From Alphaproteobacteria bacterium (lineage in GTDB: Bacteria; Pseudomonadota; Alphaproteobacteria; UBA2966), in contig OZ219856.1 of the NCBI GenBank assembly GCA_964291395.2, positions 1,472,001-1,536,000 of the forward strand: a stretch of DNA of 64,000 bases. Direction: 5' to 3'. Positions 46,814-57,499 of the stretch are shown here, in pieces. The number at the start of each line of letters is the position of its first letter. Position 1 is the first letter of the stretch. The translations under genes were made by a program, and so were the position numbers. Below the pieces are notes generated by a model. It searched no databases. It was not told the DNA's origin and worked only from the letters and a program-made list of their open reading frames with translations.

Positions 46814-48502
46814 CTAGAGATCGCGGTGTACGACGTTTCCCCCCGCCACCGCGAGGTGACAGCGAAGATCCCGCAGGTCTTCCGGATCCATGGACGTCGG
46901 ATCGTCCGACAACACGGCGATATCGGCATATCGCCCGGGCGCCAACGTGCCCTTTTTCTTCTCTTCGAAAGTTAGCCACGCACCGCGTGTCGTCAGCAGG
47001 TCCAAGGCCTCCAGTCCCGAAATCCGCTGATTGCGGCCGAGCACGCGGTTTTCGTGCCGTTCTCGGCGTGCAGTCATGACCCACAGGGTGAAGAACGGGT
47101 CGTAGGGGATATTGTCCGTGCCCGCCGCGACCGGAATGCCGAGGTCAAGCATGCTGCGATGGGCGACAACCGACTCGCCGAAGTCCGGATCATCGGTGTA
47201 CCACCCGCCGCCTTTCCAGATGAAATAGGCGGGAATGGTCGTCACCAGAACACCGAGCTTCTTCAAGGTCTCCAGGTCTTCCCGCCGCGCGCGTCCGATA
47301 TGCTCGACGACCCATCGCCGTTCTCCGATCGGGTAGCGCTCACCCACATCTGCGAGCGCGGAGATTACGTCCTGCAGGTCGTCGCCGACGATGGTGTGGA
47401 CACGAAGGTCGTGCTCGGCCGCGGCCAGGCAATAGTCGCGGAATTCGTTCCGTGTGACGGCCTGTTCCACGAAGCCCGACCAACCCGTATTCGGCAGATC
47501 CTTGCGGGCCAGATCGGCGACGGCATTTTCCCCGCCATAGGCGATGTGAACACCGGTGATCCAGAACCAGGGGTCTCCCATGCCCCGGCCCCGCGCATGG
47601 CCCAGCCAGTCCCTCATGATGGTTCGCGCCTCTGCAACATCGCGCCACGCGGGACTGAGCGTCAGCGCGACGCGTACGGTGAGTTCGCCTTTCTCCCACA
47701 GCTCCCGATAGGCGGCGATGGTTTGCGCGCTCAGGCCATGGCCTTCATACACGCTCGTGGTACCGACGGCGTTGTAGGCCTTCATGGAACGTCGGATGCC
47801 ATCCACACGCTCTTCAAAGCCGAAGCGGGGAACCGCGGGCAGCAGATCGAATTCGATGAACGGACGCTGGTTGCGTTCGATGATCACGCCGGTCGGTTCG
47901 CCGGCTTCGTCATGCTCGATCTCGAGTCCGGAGACGCGGGGAGCCGTATTGCGATCGATGCCATTGAGTGCCAGCGCACGGCTGTTGAGAGCCGTGTATC
48001 CGGGCGGCGCACCCCAGTTTCCGAACACGCCGGCAATACAGACCGGATTGTCGGGCGCGACGGTATCGAGTTCCCGACGCGTGGGCATGCGGCCTTCCGC
48101 CAGAGTCTCCGGCCCGCCGAAGTAGCAGGGAGGTGTGCCGACGGGCATGGTGACGATCCACTCCCCGGCGGGTGTATCCGCTGCGAGCTTCGAAATGCGG
48201 TCGAGAACGTCGGGGACGGACCGTGCGCCTTCCAGTGACGGACGTTGGACTTTCAGCCCTTCCCGGTCCATGTGGGCGTGCGTGTCGTTGAACCCGGGAA
48301 CGACGGTCAAACCGTCGAGGTCGATGGTTTCCGTCTCGGAACCCGCCGTCGCACGGATGTCGTCGGCCGCGCCCGCGGCGGAGACGAGGCCGTCCGACAC
48401 GGCGAGGGCCTCCACCACCGGCTTGTCAGGATCCATCGTGATCACGCGCCCGCCCGTCAGGATGAGATCGGCATCACCGTTGGACCGTGTTCCGGACGGC
48501 AT
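46814..48502 (-). CDS. Amidohydrolase_3 (YtcJ-like) family protein
   Basis: PGFNDTHAH, HTIVGD, VEH, AAGTD, GTLAPGRYAD.AVL. Confidence 0.88.
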   Translation of the reverse strand: MPSGTRSNGDADLILTGGRVITMDPDKPVVEALAVSDGLVSAAGAADDIRATAGSETETIDLDGLTVVPGFNDTHAHMDREGLKVQRPSLEGARSVPDVLDRISKLAADTPAGEWIVTMPVGTPPCYFGGPETLAEGRMPTRRELDTVAPDNPVCIAGVFGNWGAPPGYTALNSRALALNGIDRNTAPRVSGLEIEHDEAGEPTGVIIERNQRPFIEFDLLPAVPRFGFEERVDGIRRSMKAYNAVGTTSVYEGHGLSAQTIAAYRELWEKGELTVRVALTLSPAWRDVAEARTIMRDWLGHARGRGMGDPWFWITGVHIAYGGENAVADLARKDLPNTGWSGFVEQAVTRNEFRDYCLAAAEHDLRVHTIVGDDLQDVISALADVGERYPIGERRWVVEHIGRARREDLETLKKLGVLVTTIPAYFIWKGGGWYTDDPDFGESVVAHRSMLDLGIPVAAGTDNIPYDPFFTLWVMTARRERHENRVLGRNQRISGLEALDLLTTRGAWLTFEEKKKGTLAPGRYADIAVLSDDPTSMDPEDLRDLRCHLAVAGGNVVHRDL

Positions 48503-48505
48503 CGC

Positions 48506-49786
48506 TTATTCGCCTCCCGCGCGGGTGTAGTCGATGGAGTCTGGCCGATCGGGGAGATCGAGCAGAACTTCCGTGGGTTCGCTGCGGGCAACGACCTTGC
48601 CCCGCCGGATCACGTAGAGGCGCGACGGCCGGAGGCGAATTGCCTCCACGGGATCCGCCGCCTGCAATACGACCGCATCTCCGTTGCAGCCGGGTTCCAG
48701 CCCGTATCCCTCCAGACCCAACAGGCGGGCCGGGTATTCCGTGACGGATTTGAAACACGCCAGGATTTGTTCCCGCCCCGACAGGTGACCCACATGCACC
48801 GCCATATGCGCCACGTCGAGCATGTCCGCGGCGTTGAGCGGTCCCCACGGATCCATCACCGAGTCCTGACCGAGAGAGACATCTATGCCCGCCGCCATGA
48901 GTTCCGGCACCCGCGTCATGCCGCGTCGTTTGGGATAGGTGTCGCGGCGTCCCATCAGCAGCATGTTGGCGGTCGGGTTCGCCACGACATGGAGGTCGGC
49001 TTCCGCCATCAGGTCGATCAGCTTGCCGGCGTAGTAATTGTCCATCGAATGCATGGATGTGAGGTGCGATCCCGCGACTCGCCCCCGAAGGCCCAACCGA
49101 ATCGTTTCCGCCGCCAGGATCTCCACGTGACGGGACGTGGGATCGTCCGTCTCATCGCAGTGCATGTCGACGGGAAGACCGCGTTCGGCGGCGATCTCGC
49201 ATAACGCGCGGACGGACTCGGCACCGTCTCCCTGGGTACGCTCGAAATGGGGGATGCCGCCGACCACGTCCACACCCATGTCGAGCGCCTCGGTCATGTT
49301 CGACTTGCCTATCGGCGAGCGAAGGTACCCGTCCTGCGGAAAGGCCACGAGCTGCAGGTCGAGATAGTCCTTGATCCTTTCGCGAACATCCAGAAGCGCC
49401 TTGACGCCCGTCAGGTTCGGGTCGGTCGTATCCACGTGGCTGCGGATAGCGAGCAGGCCTCGCCCGACGGCCCAGTCGCAATATCGAAGCGCGCGTGCGA
49501 CGTAGTCGTCGAACGTGAGCGTCGGCTTCAACTCTTCCCAAAGCGCGATGCCTTCGAGAAGAGTTCCCGAGTCGTTATGCCGTGGCCGGCCGGCGGTCAG
49601 CGTCGAGTCCATGTGAAAGTGGGCATCGACGAACGGCGGCGTTATCAGACGGCCTGCGCAGTCGATCTCCTGCGGAGCGCTCGCCTGCAGGTTGGCCTCG
49701 ACGGCCGTGATCCTCCCCGCTTCGATCCCGATGTCGACGTTCTCGCGCCCATCGGGAAGATTCCCGCCCCGCAGGATCAGGTCCAT
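48506..49786 (-). CDS. Cytosine/creatinine deaminase-like amidohydrolase
   Basis: PPFVDAHFHMD, SGTLLEGI, IRSHVD, VAFPQDG, GGIPHFE, HCDETDD, SHLTSMHS, GQD.VMDPW. Confidence 0.9.
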   Translation of the reverse strand: MDLILRGGNLPDGRENVDIGIEAGRITAVEANLQASAPQEIDCAGRLITPPFVDAHFHMDSTLTAGRPRHNDSGTLLEGIALWEELKPTLTFDDYVARALRYCDWAVGRGLLAIRSHVDTTDPNLTGVKALLDVRERIKDYLDLQLVAFPQDGYLRSPIGKSNMTEALDMGVDVVGGIPHFERTQGDGAESVRALCEIAAERGLPVDMHCDETDDPTSRHVEILAAETIRLGLRGRVAGSHLTSMHSMDNYYAGKLIDLMAEADLHVVANPTANMLLMGRRDTYPKRRGMTRVPELMAAGIDVSLGQDSVMDPWGPLNAADMLDVAHMAVHVGHLSGREQILACFKSVTEYPARLLGLEGYGLEPGCNGDAVVLQAADPVEAIRLRPSRLYVIRRGKVVARSEPTEVLLDLPDRPDSIDYTRAGGE

Positions 49787-50550
49787 TACATCACCAGGCT
49801 GAGACCGTCGTCCGCCTCGATAACCGTGCCGGTAACGAAGTCGGAGGCACCCGACGCGAGCAGCAGCAGCACACCGTCAAGGTCCGCGGGCTTGCCGACC
49901 CGTTTGCGCAGGAATCGTTTGACGAACTCCTGTCCCTTCTCGCCGGCGAAGAAGTCGGCATTGAGCTCGGTCTCGATATAGCCCGGCGCGATCGCGTTGA
50001 CGCGAATGTCGTAACGCGCCCACTCCTGGGCCATGAACCGTGTCATATGCACCACGCCGGACTTCGACATGCCGTAAACGCTCAACAAGCGGACGGTGTG
50101 GATGCCTGCCATGGACGCGATATTGACGATGGAACCGCCGTGCCCGTGTACGATCATCTTTCTTCCGACCTCCTGCGCGACAAGCCAAGCGCCGCGGAGG
50201 TTCGTGTCCATGACACGGTCATAGTCCTCGACGGTGAAGTCGACGATCTTCTTGGTGACCGTGGTGCCGGCATTGTTGACCAGCACGCGGGTCGCGCCGA
50301 GCTCGGTTTCCGCGCCGTCGATCGCGGACACGATGCTGTCGTGATCCGTTACGTCCATCGAGAACGCCATCGCCCGTCCGTCGAACGCCTCGATCTCCTC
50401 GACGAGTTCCTTCAGGCGGTCCGTACGCCGGGCACAGACCGCGACACGGGCACCAGCCTTCGCCAGCGTCAATGCAAAGTGCCGTCCCAGACCGCTCGAG
50501 GCGCCGGTTACCAAGGCTGTCTGACCCTCCAGCGAAAACGGATTACTCAC
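49786..50550 (-). CDS. SDR family oxidoreductase
   Basis: TGASSGLG, LVNNAG, YGMSK, IAPGYIET; GTG start at 50550 after a GGAAGG SD (the track ORF is over-extended). Confidence 0.92.
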   Translation of the reverse strand: MSNPFSLEGQTALVTGASSGLGRHFALTLAKAGARVAVCARRTDRLKELVEEIEAFDGRAMAFSMDVTDHDSIVSAIDGAETELGATRVLVNNAGTTVTKKIVDFTVEDYDRVMDTNLRGAWLVAQEVGRKMIVHGHGGSIVNIASMAGIHTVRLLSVYGMSKSGVVHMTRFMAQEWARYDIRVNAIAPGYIETELNADFFAGEKGQEFVKRFLRKRVGKPADLDGVLLLLASGASDFVTGTVIEADDGLSLVM

Positions 50551-50760
50551 GGGCCGTTTCCTTCCATCTCCTGCAATGGACATCGTGTTCAAGACCTTAG
50601 TGTCACGCCGAGAGTCCGGCAACCACGCGCGGCGGGCGGCACGCGCAACGGTCGGTTCGAGCCGCCAGAAGACAGAAATCCGGCCGATCGACGGCGAGAC
50701 GCACGATGTCTCGTGGGATATCGTTTCGGTGGCAGGCGCTGACCCGCTATGGTGGTCCCC

Positions 50761-51435
50761 ATGTACATGAACGTCGACATCATCTCCGACACGATCTGCC
50801 CCTGGTGTTTTGTGGGCAAACGCCGTTTTGAGCGCGCCCTCGCCGAACGGCCGGATATCCAGGTCGACGTGCGTTGGCGAACGTTTCAACTCAATCCCGA
50901 TATGCCCGCAGAGGGCATAGACCGGAGCGAGTACGTAGCTTTGAAGTTCGGCGGCAAAGAGCAGGCCCGGGCGGTTTACGAGAACATTCGCGGCGCCGGC
51001 AAGCTCGAAGGGATTCCCTTCGATTTTGCCGCCATACCGAGGACGCCCAATACGATCGATTCACATCGATTGATCCGGTGGGCGGGCTCCGCCGGAGTGC
51101 AGGATGCCGTCGTGGAACGGTTGTTCGCGCGCTACTTCACCCAGGGCGCCGATATCGGCGATCGGGAAGAGCTTGTCGAGGTGGCACGGTACGCAGGCAT
51201 GGACGCGGATCTCGTGGCGGACCTCTTCAAAAGAGGCGAGGACGTTGATCTGGTTCGCAAAGAAGACGAAGCGGCGCGGGTGATGGGCGTGAATGCGGTC
51301 CCCTGTTTCGTGTTCGCGAAGAAATATGTCGTGTTCGGCGCACAGGAGCCGGATGCCTTCACGGAACTGTTCGATCACATGGCGCGCGAAGCGGAGGCCG
51401 AAGCGGCGTCGGAGGCGGTCGACACCGAAGCCTGA
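50761..51435 (+). CDS. DsbA-family oxidoreductase (FrnE-like)
   Basis: SDTICPWCFVG, FQLNPDMP, PNT.DSHRL, GV.AVP.F, GAQ. Confidence 0.92.
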   Translation: MYMNVDIISDTICPWCFVGKRRFERALAERPDIQVDVRWRTFQLNPDMPAEGIDRSEYVALKFGGKEQARAVYENIRGAGKLEGIPFDFAAIPRTPNTIDSHRLIRWAGSAGVQDAVVERLFARYFTQGADIGDREELVEVARYAGMDADLVADLFKRGEDVDLVRKEDEAARVMGVNAVPCFVFAKKYVVFGAQEPDAFTELFDHMAREAEAEAASEAVDTEA

Positions 51436-54400
51436 CCCGCGATCTTCGCCAGATTCCGCATCAGATGCATGACGCCGGACAGACGTGACTCCGCGTCGTC
51501 CCATTCGCGCATGTAGACCAGGCGGTGGTCTGGCCGCAGTTTCGCGGTTCCCGCCTGGCTCGAGATGAACTCGACCAGCCCTGCGGGATGGGCGAAGTGG
51601 TCATTGTGAAAGGCGATCGTGGCGCCCTTCGGACCGGCTTCCACGCGGTGAACGCCCGCGTGACGGCAGAACTGTTTGATCGCGACGATCCGCAGCAGAT
51701 TATCCACTTCTTCGGGCAAGGGGCCGAAGCGATCGATGAGCTCCGCCGCGTAGGCGTCTATCTCGGCACGGTCTTCGAGGCGTGCCAAGCGCCGGTACAG
51801 GCCCAGCCGCACGTCGAGGTCCGGAACATACCGCTCAGGTATCAGCACGGAGGTGCCGATACTTATTTGCGGTGACCACTTGTCCTCGGCGATGCCGTCG
51901 CCATCGGTCCCGCGCGCGGCCGCCACCGCCTCCTCCAACATTTCCTGATAGAGCTCGAGCCCGACCTCGCGGATGTGCCCGGATTGCTCCTCGCCCAACA
52001 GGTTTCCGGCACCGCGAATATCGAGATCGTGGCTCGCCAACGAGAACCCGGCGCCGAGCCCCTCCAAGGCCTGCATGACCTTCAACCGCTTCTCGGCCGC
52101 TCCCGTAGGAATGCGGCGGGGAGGCAAGGTGAGGTACGCGTATCCCCGGATCTTGGAGCGGCCGATCCTGCCTCTGAGTTGGTAGAGCTGGGCCAGCCCA
52201 TACATGTCCGCGCGGTGCACGATGAGTGTGTTCGCCGTCGGAATGTCGAGACCGGACTCGATGATGTTGGTACACAACAGAACGTCGATGCCGCCCTCGT
52301 AGAAGGCGTGCATGACTTCATCGAGTGCTCGTACCGGCATCTGCCCGTGGGCGCTGCCGAAACGCACTTGGGGAACGTGTTCGCGCAGGAACGCCTCGAT
52401 GTCGGGAATATCGGAGATTCTGGGGCAAACGTAGAAACTCTGACCGCCCCGGTAGTGCTCGCGCATCAAGGCTTCGCGTATGATCACCGGATCGAACGGC
52501 ATGGTGAACGTTCGGACCGCGAGCCGGTCGACGGGGGGCGTTGCGATGAGGCTCAGCTCGCGAACGCCCGACAGTGCCAGGTGCAGCGTCCGGGGGATCG
52601 GCGTCGCGGTGAGCGTGAGGACGTGGGCCACGGCGCGAAGATCCTTGAGGCGTTCCTTCTGCGCCACGCCGAAATGTTGTTCCTCGTCGACGACGATGAG
52701 ACCGAGGTCGCGGAATTTGATGCCCTTGCCGAGCAACGCGTGTGTCCCGATCACGATGTCGATGTCGCCCGACTCCAGCCCCGCCTTCGTCTCCGCCGTC
52801 TCCTTGGGCCCTACCATGCGGGAGAGGCGTCCGACCTTCACGGGCCAGGCCGCAAACCGCTCGCGAAACGTCGTGTAGTGCTGGCGTACCAACAGAGTCG
52901 TCGGCGCGACGATCGCAACCTGCTTTCCCGCCATGACGGCCACGAAGGCGGACCGGAGCGCGACCTCGGTCTTGCCGAACCCGACGTCGCCGCATACGAG
53001 GCGGTCCATGGGTCGGCCCATGGCGAGATCGTCCAGAACCTCCTCGATCGCTCGTTGCTGGTCCTCCGTCTCCGGATAGGGAAAGTGAGCGCAAAATTCC
53101 TCGTACATCCCCTCTGGCGGAGCAAGGACCTCACCCTTCTGCAGTTCGCGCGCCGCGGCGATGTTGATCAATTGGCCGGCGATATCCCGGATTCGTGCCT
53201 TGGCGCGCGCTTTTCTCGCCTGCCAGCCGCTGCCGCCGAGGCGGTCGAGTTGAACGCCGGAGTCCTCGGACCCGTATCGTGAAATGACTTCGATATTCTC
53301 GACGGGGATGTAGAGCTTGTCGCCGCCGTCGTAGAGTATCAGCAGGCAATCATGGGGCGCGCCGGCGACATCGATCGTCAGCAGATCCGAGTATCGCCCG
53401 ATTCCGTGCTCGACGTGGACGACGATGTCCCCGGGCGAGAGCGACGAGGCCTCCACGATGTAGTCCTCGGCGCGCCGGGTGCGCCTGGGCGGCCGGGACA
53501 GGCGTTCACCCAGAATGTCCTGCTCGGTGATAACGGCGAGCGCATCGGTCTCGAAACCGTGCTCAAGGGCCAGTATCGCGAGTCCGATGTCGTCCGGAGC
53601 GGACCTCCGTGCCTCCGACCAGCTTTCGATGTTCCCGCAGCCCTGAACGCCGTGATCCGCCAGAAGACCCGACAAACGATCTCGCGTGCCCGGTGAATAC
53701 GCTGCCACGACCACGGACTTTCCGTTGCGCGTCAGGCTATCGATGTAGTCTCGCACGGCATCGAACAGATCGAGATTCTGCTGGGTGCGTTCCGGCGCGA
53801 AGTCTCGAGCTCGCCGTCCACCGAGATCGTAAACCTGCTGCGCCTCCGGTTGACGGAACGGGGAGAACACGATGCTCGTACGCGATGCGACGCTCGCACG
53901 CCATTCCTCTCCCGTCAGGTAGAGCTCTTCCGGCGGCAGTGGGCGATATACGGCCGCGTCGTCCGCCCTGCCGCCTCGTTCTCCCGACTTCCGGGCCCCG
54001 TAGTAATCGACGATGGTCTCGAGCCGCTTGTCCAAGGCGTCATCGATCAGAGCGTCGCGCGTAACCGCGGCTCCGGGGAGGTAATCGAACAGGGTTTCCA
54101 GTTTCCCGTGGAACAGCGGTAACCAATGTTCCATTCCCATGTGCCGCCTGCCCGCGGCGACGGCTTGGTAGAGTGGATCGGTTTGCCCGGCCACCGCGCC
54201 GAAACGGCTGCCGTATCCGCCACGGAACCGGGCAATCGACTCCTCATCCAGAAAGACTTCGCTGATCGGCGCCAGTTTGAGACCTCCGACACGCGCCATG
54301 GCACGCTGGGAAAGGGGATCGAATGTACGAACACCCTCCAACTCGTCTCCGAACAGGTCGAGACGGAGGGGATACTCCGCACCCGACGGGAACAGATCAA

Positions 54401-54923
54401 CGATGCCGCCGCGCACTGCGAATTCGCCCGGTTCCCTGACGGTTCCCGTCCGCTGATATCCGTCGCGCGCCAGAAATTCGACGAGTTGGTCGAGATCTAT
54501 GCGTTCCCCCACGGAGATGCTGTAAGTGGCGGAGCCCACGACTTTCCGGGTCGGAACCCGCTGAACGCTCGCGTTGAGGGTGGTGACGACGACCCGCGCG
54601 GATAACCCGTGTTCCGGTGAGGCGAGCCGGCACAAGCCGTCCAGGCGCGCGCTGGCAACCTTGGGATTGGGAGATACCCGGTCATAGGGCAGGCAGTCCC
54701 ACGCGGGGATCGCGATGACTTCGACATCGGGCGCGAAGAAGGCGAGGACCTGCGCCGTCGTATCCATTCGGTCCGCATCGAGTGCGATGTGAATGGTCCC
54801 TGCAGCATGGTTGCGCGCGATCTCGGCAAGGGCGAGCGCATCCATGCCCTCGGGGCAGCCCGACATCGTGACGGATATCGGTTTCTTCCATTCCAAACCT
54901 TTTAATTTCAGTAAGTTATTCAT
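51375..54923 (-). CDS. mfd: Transcription-repair coupling factor
   Basis: PAWDCLPYDRVSP, VHVEHGIGRY, CGDVGFGKTEVA, DEEQHFG, TATPIPRTL, QLRGRIGR, TRCF C-terminal domain. Confidence 0.98.
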   Translation of the reverse strand: MNNLLKLKGLEWKKPISVTMSGCPEGMDALALAEIARNHAAGTIHIALDADRMDTTAQVLAFFAPDVEVIAIPAWDCLPYDRVSPNPKVASARLDGLCRLASPEHGLSARVVVTTLNASVQRVPTRKVVGSATYSISVGERIDLDQLVEFLARDGYQRTGTVREPGEFAVRGGIVDLFPSGAEYPLRLDLFGDELEGVRTFDPLSQRAMARVGGLKLAPISEVFLDEESIARFRGGYGSRFGAVAGQTDPLYQAVAAGRRHMGMEHWLPLFHGKLETLFDYLPGAAVTRDALIDDALDKRLETIVDYYGARKSGERGGRADDAAVYRPLPPEELYLTGEEWRASVASRTSIVFSPFRQPEAQQVYDLGGRRARDFAPERTQQNLDLFDAVRDYIDSLTRNGKSVVVAAYSPGTRDRLSGLLADHGVQGCGNIESWSEARRSAPDDIGLAILALEHGFETDALAVITEQDILGERLSRPPRRTRRAEDYIVEASSLSPGDIVVHVEHGIGRYSDLLTIDVAGAPHDCLLILYDGGDKLYIPVENIEVISRYGSEDSGVQLDRLGGSGWQARKARAKARIRDIAGQLINIAAARELQKGEVLAPPEGMYEEFCAHFPYPETEDQQRAIEEVLDDLAMGRPMDRLVCGDVGFGKTEVALRSAFVAVMAGKQVAIVAPTTLLVRQHYTTFRERFAAWPVKVGRLSRMVGPKETAETKAGLESGDIDIVIGTHALLGKGIKFRDLGLIVVDEEQHFGVAQKERLKDLRAVAHVLTLTATPIPRTLHLALSGVRELSLIATPPVDRLAVRTFTMPFDPVIIREALMREHYRGGQSFYVCPRISDIPDIEAFLREHVPQVRFGSAHGQMPVRALDEVMHAFYEGGIDVLLCTNIIESGLDIPTANTLIVHRADMYGLAQLYQLRGRIGRSKIRGYAYLTLPPRRIPTGAAEKRLKVMQALEGLGAGFSLASHDLDIRGAGNLLGEEQSGHIREVGLELYQEMLEEAVAAARGTDGDGIAEDKWSPQISIGTSVLIPERYVPDLDVRLGLYRRLARLEDRAEIDAYAAELIDRFGPLPEEVDNLLRIVAIKQFCRHAGVHRVEAGPKGATIAFHNDHFAHPAGLVEFISSQAGTAKLRPDHRLVYMREWDDAESRLSGVMHLMRNLAKIAGQASVSTASDAASASASRAM

Positions 54924-55314
54924 AATATTTGAAATCCAGAAGCAACTTTGTCACATCGTTATCGTGTTCGACCGGCGGGGTTTCCCGACCGGCAATCCAG
55001 GCCAGGATATCGGGATCGCTCTCCCTCAGAAGTGCCTCGTAGCGCGCGAGTTGCCGGGCGTCGAACGAAGCCAGATGGCGGTCGGCAAATCGACCCAGCA
55101 AGAGGTCGGTTTCCTTCATTCCCCGGTTGCAACTGCGGTACCGCAGGCGCTTTCGTTTCGATTCCAGCTCCCGGATGGATGGGCTTTCGTCGGTCACCAG
55201 GCTCCGGTCCGTAACGTGGACAGACTCCAGCCCCCTTCCCGCGGAGTCCGCGGCAGGTGGCCCGGGTTCGATATAGTCTGTGGCGGTCCCTCTGTCACGA
55301 TCATCGGCCGACAT
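54916..55314 (-). CDS. sdhE: Succinate dehydrogenase assembly factor (FAD insertion)
   Basis: RKRLRYRS.NRGMKETDLLLG.FA...LL.ESDPD...W; the real start is probably downstream of 55314. Confidence 0.9.
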   Translation of the reverse strand: MSADDRDRGTATDYIEPGPPAADSAGRGLESVHVTDRSLVTDESPSIRELESKRKRLRYRSCNRGMKETDLLLGRFADRHLASFDARQLARYEALLRESDPDILAWIAGRETPPVEHDNDVTKLLLDFKYYE

Positions 55315-55405
55315 GGATCAACGGGCGATATGGCGCGCCTCCCGTGCCTGAGATAAGGTCGCGGGACGTCGCCTGCCTTGCCGTGGTTTGCGCACGCATC
55401 AGCAC

Positions 55406-57493
55406 ATGCGCCCGGAAATCCTGTTTTCTACCTTTGCGCCCGTCAGCGGCCTGCCCGGTGTTGGGCCTCGTATCGCAAAGCTGGTCGAAAAGGTTGCCGG
55501 GCCCCGACTCGTCGACCTGTACTGGCATCTGCCGACCCAGATTGTCGACCGCCGCTACTCGCCTTCGCTGGCGAGCGCTCCCGACGGCGCGATCGTGACG
55601 GTGACCGTGGTCGTCGAGCGTCACACGCCGGCACCTGGCAAGCGCCTGCCGTACAAGGTCTTCTGCAGCGACGGCAGCGGCCGGCTGACCCTGGTTTTTT
55701 TTCACGCCAAGCCGGATTACCTGCAACGCGCATTGCCCGTCGGGGAAGAACGCGTGGTAAGCGGCCGCATCCGGTATTACGGAGACGAGATTCAGATCAC
55801 ACACCCTGATCACATCGGCACGGCCGCAGAGCTCGATACCCTGAAAGCCGTCGAGCCCGTCTACCGACTGACGGCGGGATTGACCGCACGGCCCTTGCAG
55901 CGTGCCGTCCGACTAGCGCTCGACCAGGCGCCTGATCTGCCGGAATGGCTGGAACCTCAATTCGTCTCGGGACGCCGATGGCAGGGGTGGAAGGATGCGC
56001 TCCTGGCCGCGCATGCTCCCGAATCGCCGGATGATCTGGAGCCCGGCAACCCGGCACGGGAACGACTGGCCTACGACGAACTCCTGGCCAACCAGCTCGC
56101 CCTCGCCCTCGTCCGCGAAAGCGTGCGCAGAGGTGCGGGACGAGCCGTTTCCGGAGACGGTTCACTCCGGAAGCAGGTCGTCGCGTCCCTCCCCTATTCC
56201 CTGACGAGCGCCCAGGAGCGGGCACTGGAAGAGATATGGAAGGACATGGCCTCCCCCGCCCGCATGCTTCGATTGTTGCAGGGCGACGTGGGATCCGGCA
56301 AAACGATCGTGGCCTTTCTGGCCATGCTCAACGCCGTCGAGAGCGGGGCGCAGGCGGCACTCATGGCTCCGACGGAAGTCCTCGCCCAACAGCACGGCGA
56401 CGTGCTCACGCCGCTGTGCGCGGAACTGGGTATTCGCCTCGCCCTTCTGACCGGCCGAGAAAAGGGCAAGTTCCGCCGGGAGACCCTCGCCGATCTGGAG
56501 GCGGGCGACATCGACATACTCGTCGGCACACACGCGATCTTTCAGGAAGGTGTCGCATTCGGTGACCTCGCGTTCGCGGTGATCGATGAGCAACACCGGT
56601 TCGGCGTCCACCAACGCCTCGCCCTGACGGCCAAGGCCGCCGGCGCGCGCGCCAATCTTCTCGTAATGACGGCAACGCCGATACCCCGGACGCTCACCAT
56701 GACCGCGTACGGTGACATGGACGTCTCGCAACTGGACGAAAAGCCTCCGGGCCGGATTCCCGTGGACACGCGCGCCATGCCGCTCGAACGCCTCGACGAG
56801 GTCGTTCAAGCGGTGCACCGGGCCGTTGGTGACGGTGATCGAGTCTACTGGGTATGCCCGCTCGTGGAGGAATCGGACGTCATCGATATCGCCGCGGCCG
56901 AGGCGCGCTATGCCGCACTCGCGGAGAACCTGGGCAACGACGTCGCCTTGTTGCACGGCCGCATGAAGAGCGCCGAGAAGGACGCGCACATGAGCAGATT
57001 TGCCGGCGGCGAAATATCCGTGCTCGTGGCGACCACCGTGATCGAGGTCGGCGTCGATGTTCCCGAAGCGACCGTCATGGTCGTTGAACATGCGGAGAGG
57101 TTCGGTCTGGCCCAACTCCATCAATTGCGGGGGCGCGTCGGCCGAGGGGATCGGCAAGGTCGATGCCTGTTGCTCTATGCGGCCCCGTTGGGTGATACCG
57201 CCCGCGCGCGCATCCGAATCATGCGGGAAACCGATGACGGCTTCCGGATCGCCGAGGAGGATCTGCGACTCAGAGGCGCGGGTGAAGTGCTCGGCACCCG
57301 CCAAAGCGGCCTTCCCGATTTCCGGTTGGCAGACGTTGGAGCGCACGAGGAACTCATGCTGGCCGCTCGGGATGACGCCAAACTGGTGCTGGAGCGGGAC
57401 CCCGACCTGTCTTCCGATCGGGGTCAGGCGCTGAGAGTGCTGCTCTACCTTTTTGAGCGGGACGCCGCCGTCGGCTATTTGAGGTCCGGATAA
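55406..57493 (+). CDS. recG: ATP-dependent DNA helicase RecG
   Basis: MRPEIL, LLQGDVGSGKT, DEQHRFG, TATPIPRTL, QLHQLRGRVGRG, GTRQSG. Confidence 0.98.
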   Translation: MRPEILFSTFAPVSGLPGVGPRIAKLVEKVAGPRLVDLYWHLPTQIVDRRYSPSLASAPDGAIVTVTVVVERHTPAPGKRLPYKVFCSDGSGRLTLVFFHAKPDYLQRALPVGEERVVSGRIRYYGDEIQITHPDHIGTAAELDTLKAVEPVYRLTAGLTARPLQRAVRLALDQAPDLPEWLEPQFVSGRRWQGWKDALLAAHAPESPDDLEPGNPARERLAYDELLANQLALALVRESVRRGAGRAVSGDGSLRKQVVASLPYSLTSAQERALEEIWKDMASPARMLRLLQGDVGSGKTIVAFLAMLNAVESGAQAALMAPTEVLAQQHGDVLTPLCAELGIRLALLTGREKGKFRRETLADLEAGDIDILVGTHAIFQEGVAFGDLAFAVIDEQHRFGVHQRLALTAKAAGARANLLVMTATPIPRTLTMTAYGDMDVSQLDEKPPGRIPVDTRAMPLERLDEVVQAVHRAVGDGDRVYWVCPLVEESDVIDIAAAEARYAALAENLGNDVALLHGRMKSAEKDAHMSRFAGGEISVLVATTVIEVGVDVPEATVMVVEHAERFGLAQLHQLRGRVGRGDRQGRCLLLYAAPLGDTARARIRIMRETDDGFRIAEEDLRLRGAGEVLGTRQSGLPDFRLADVGAHEELMLAARDDAKLVLERDPDLSSDRGQALRVLLYLFERDAAVGYLRSG

Positions 57494-57499
57494 ACGGGA

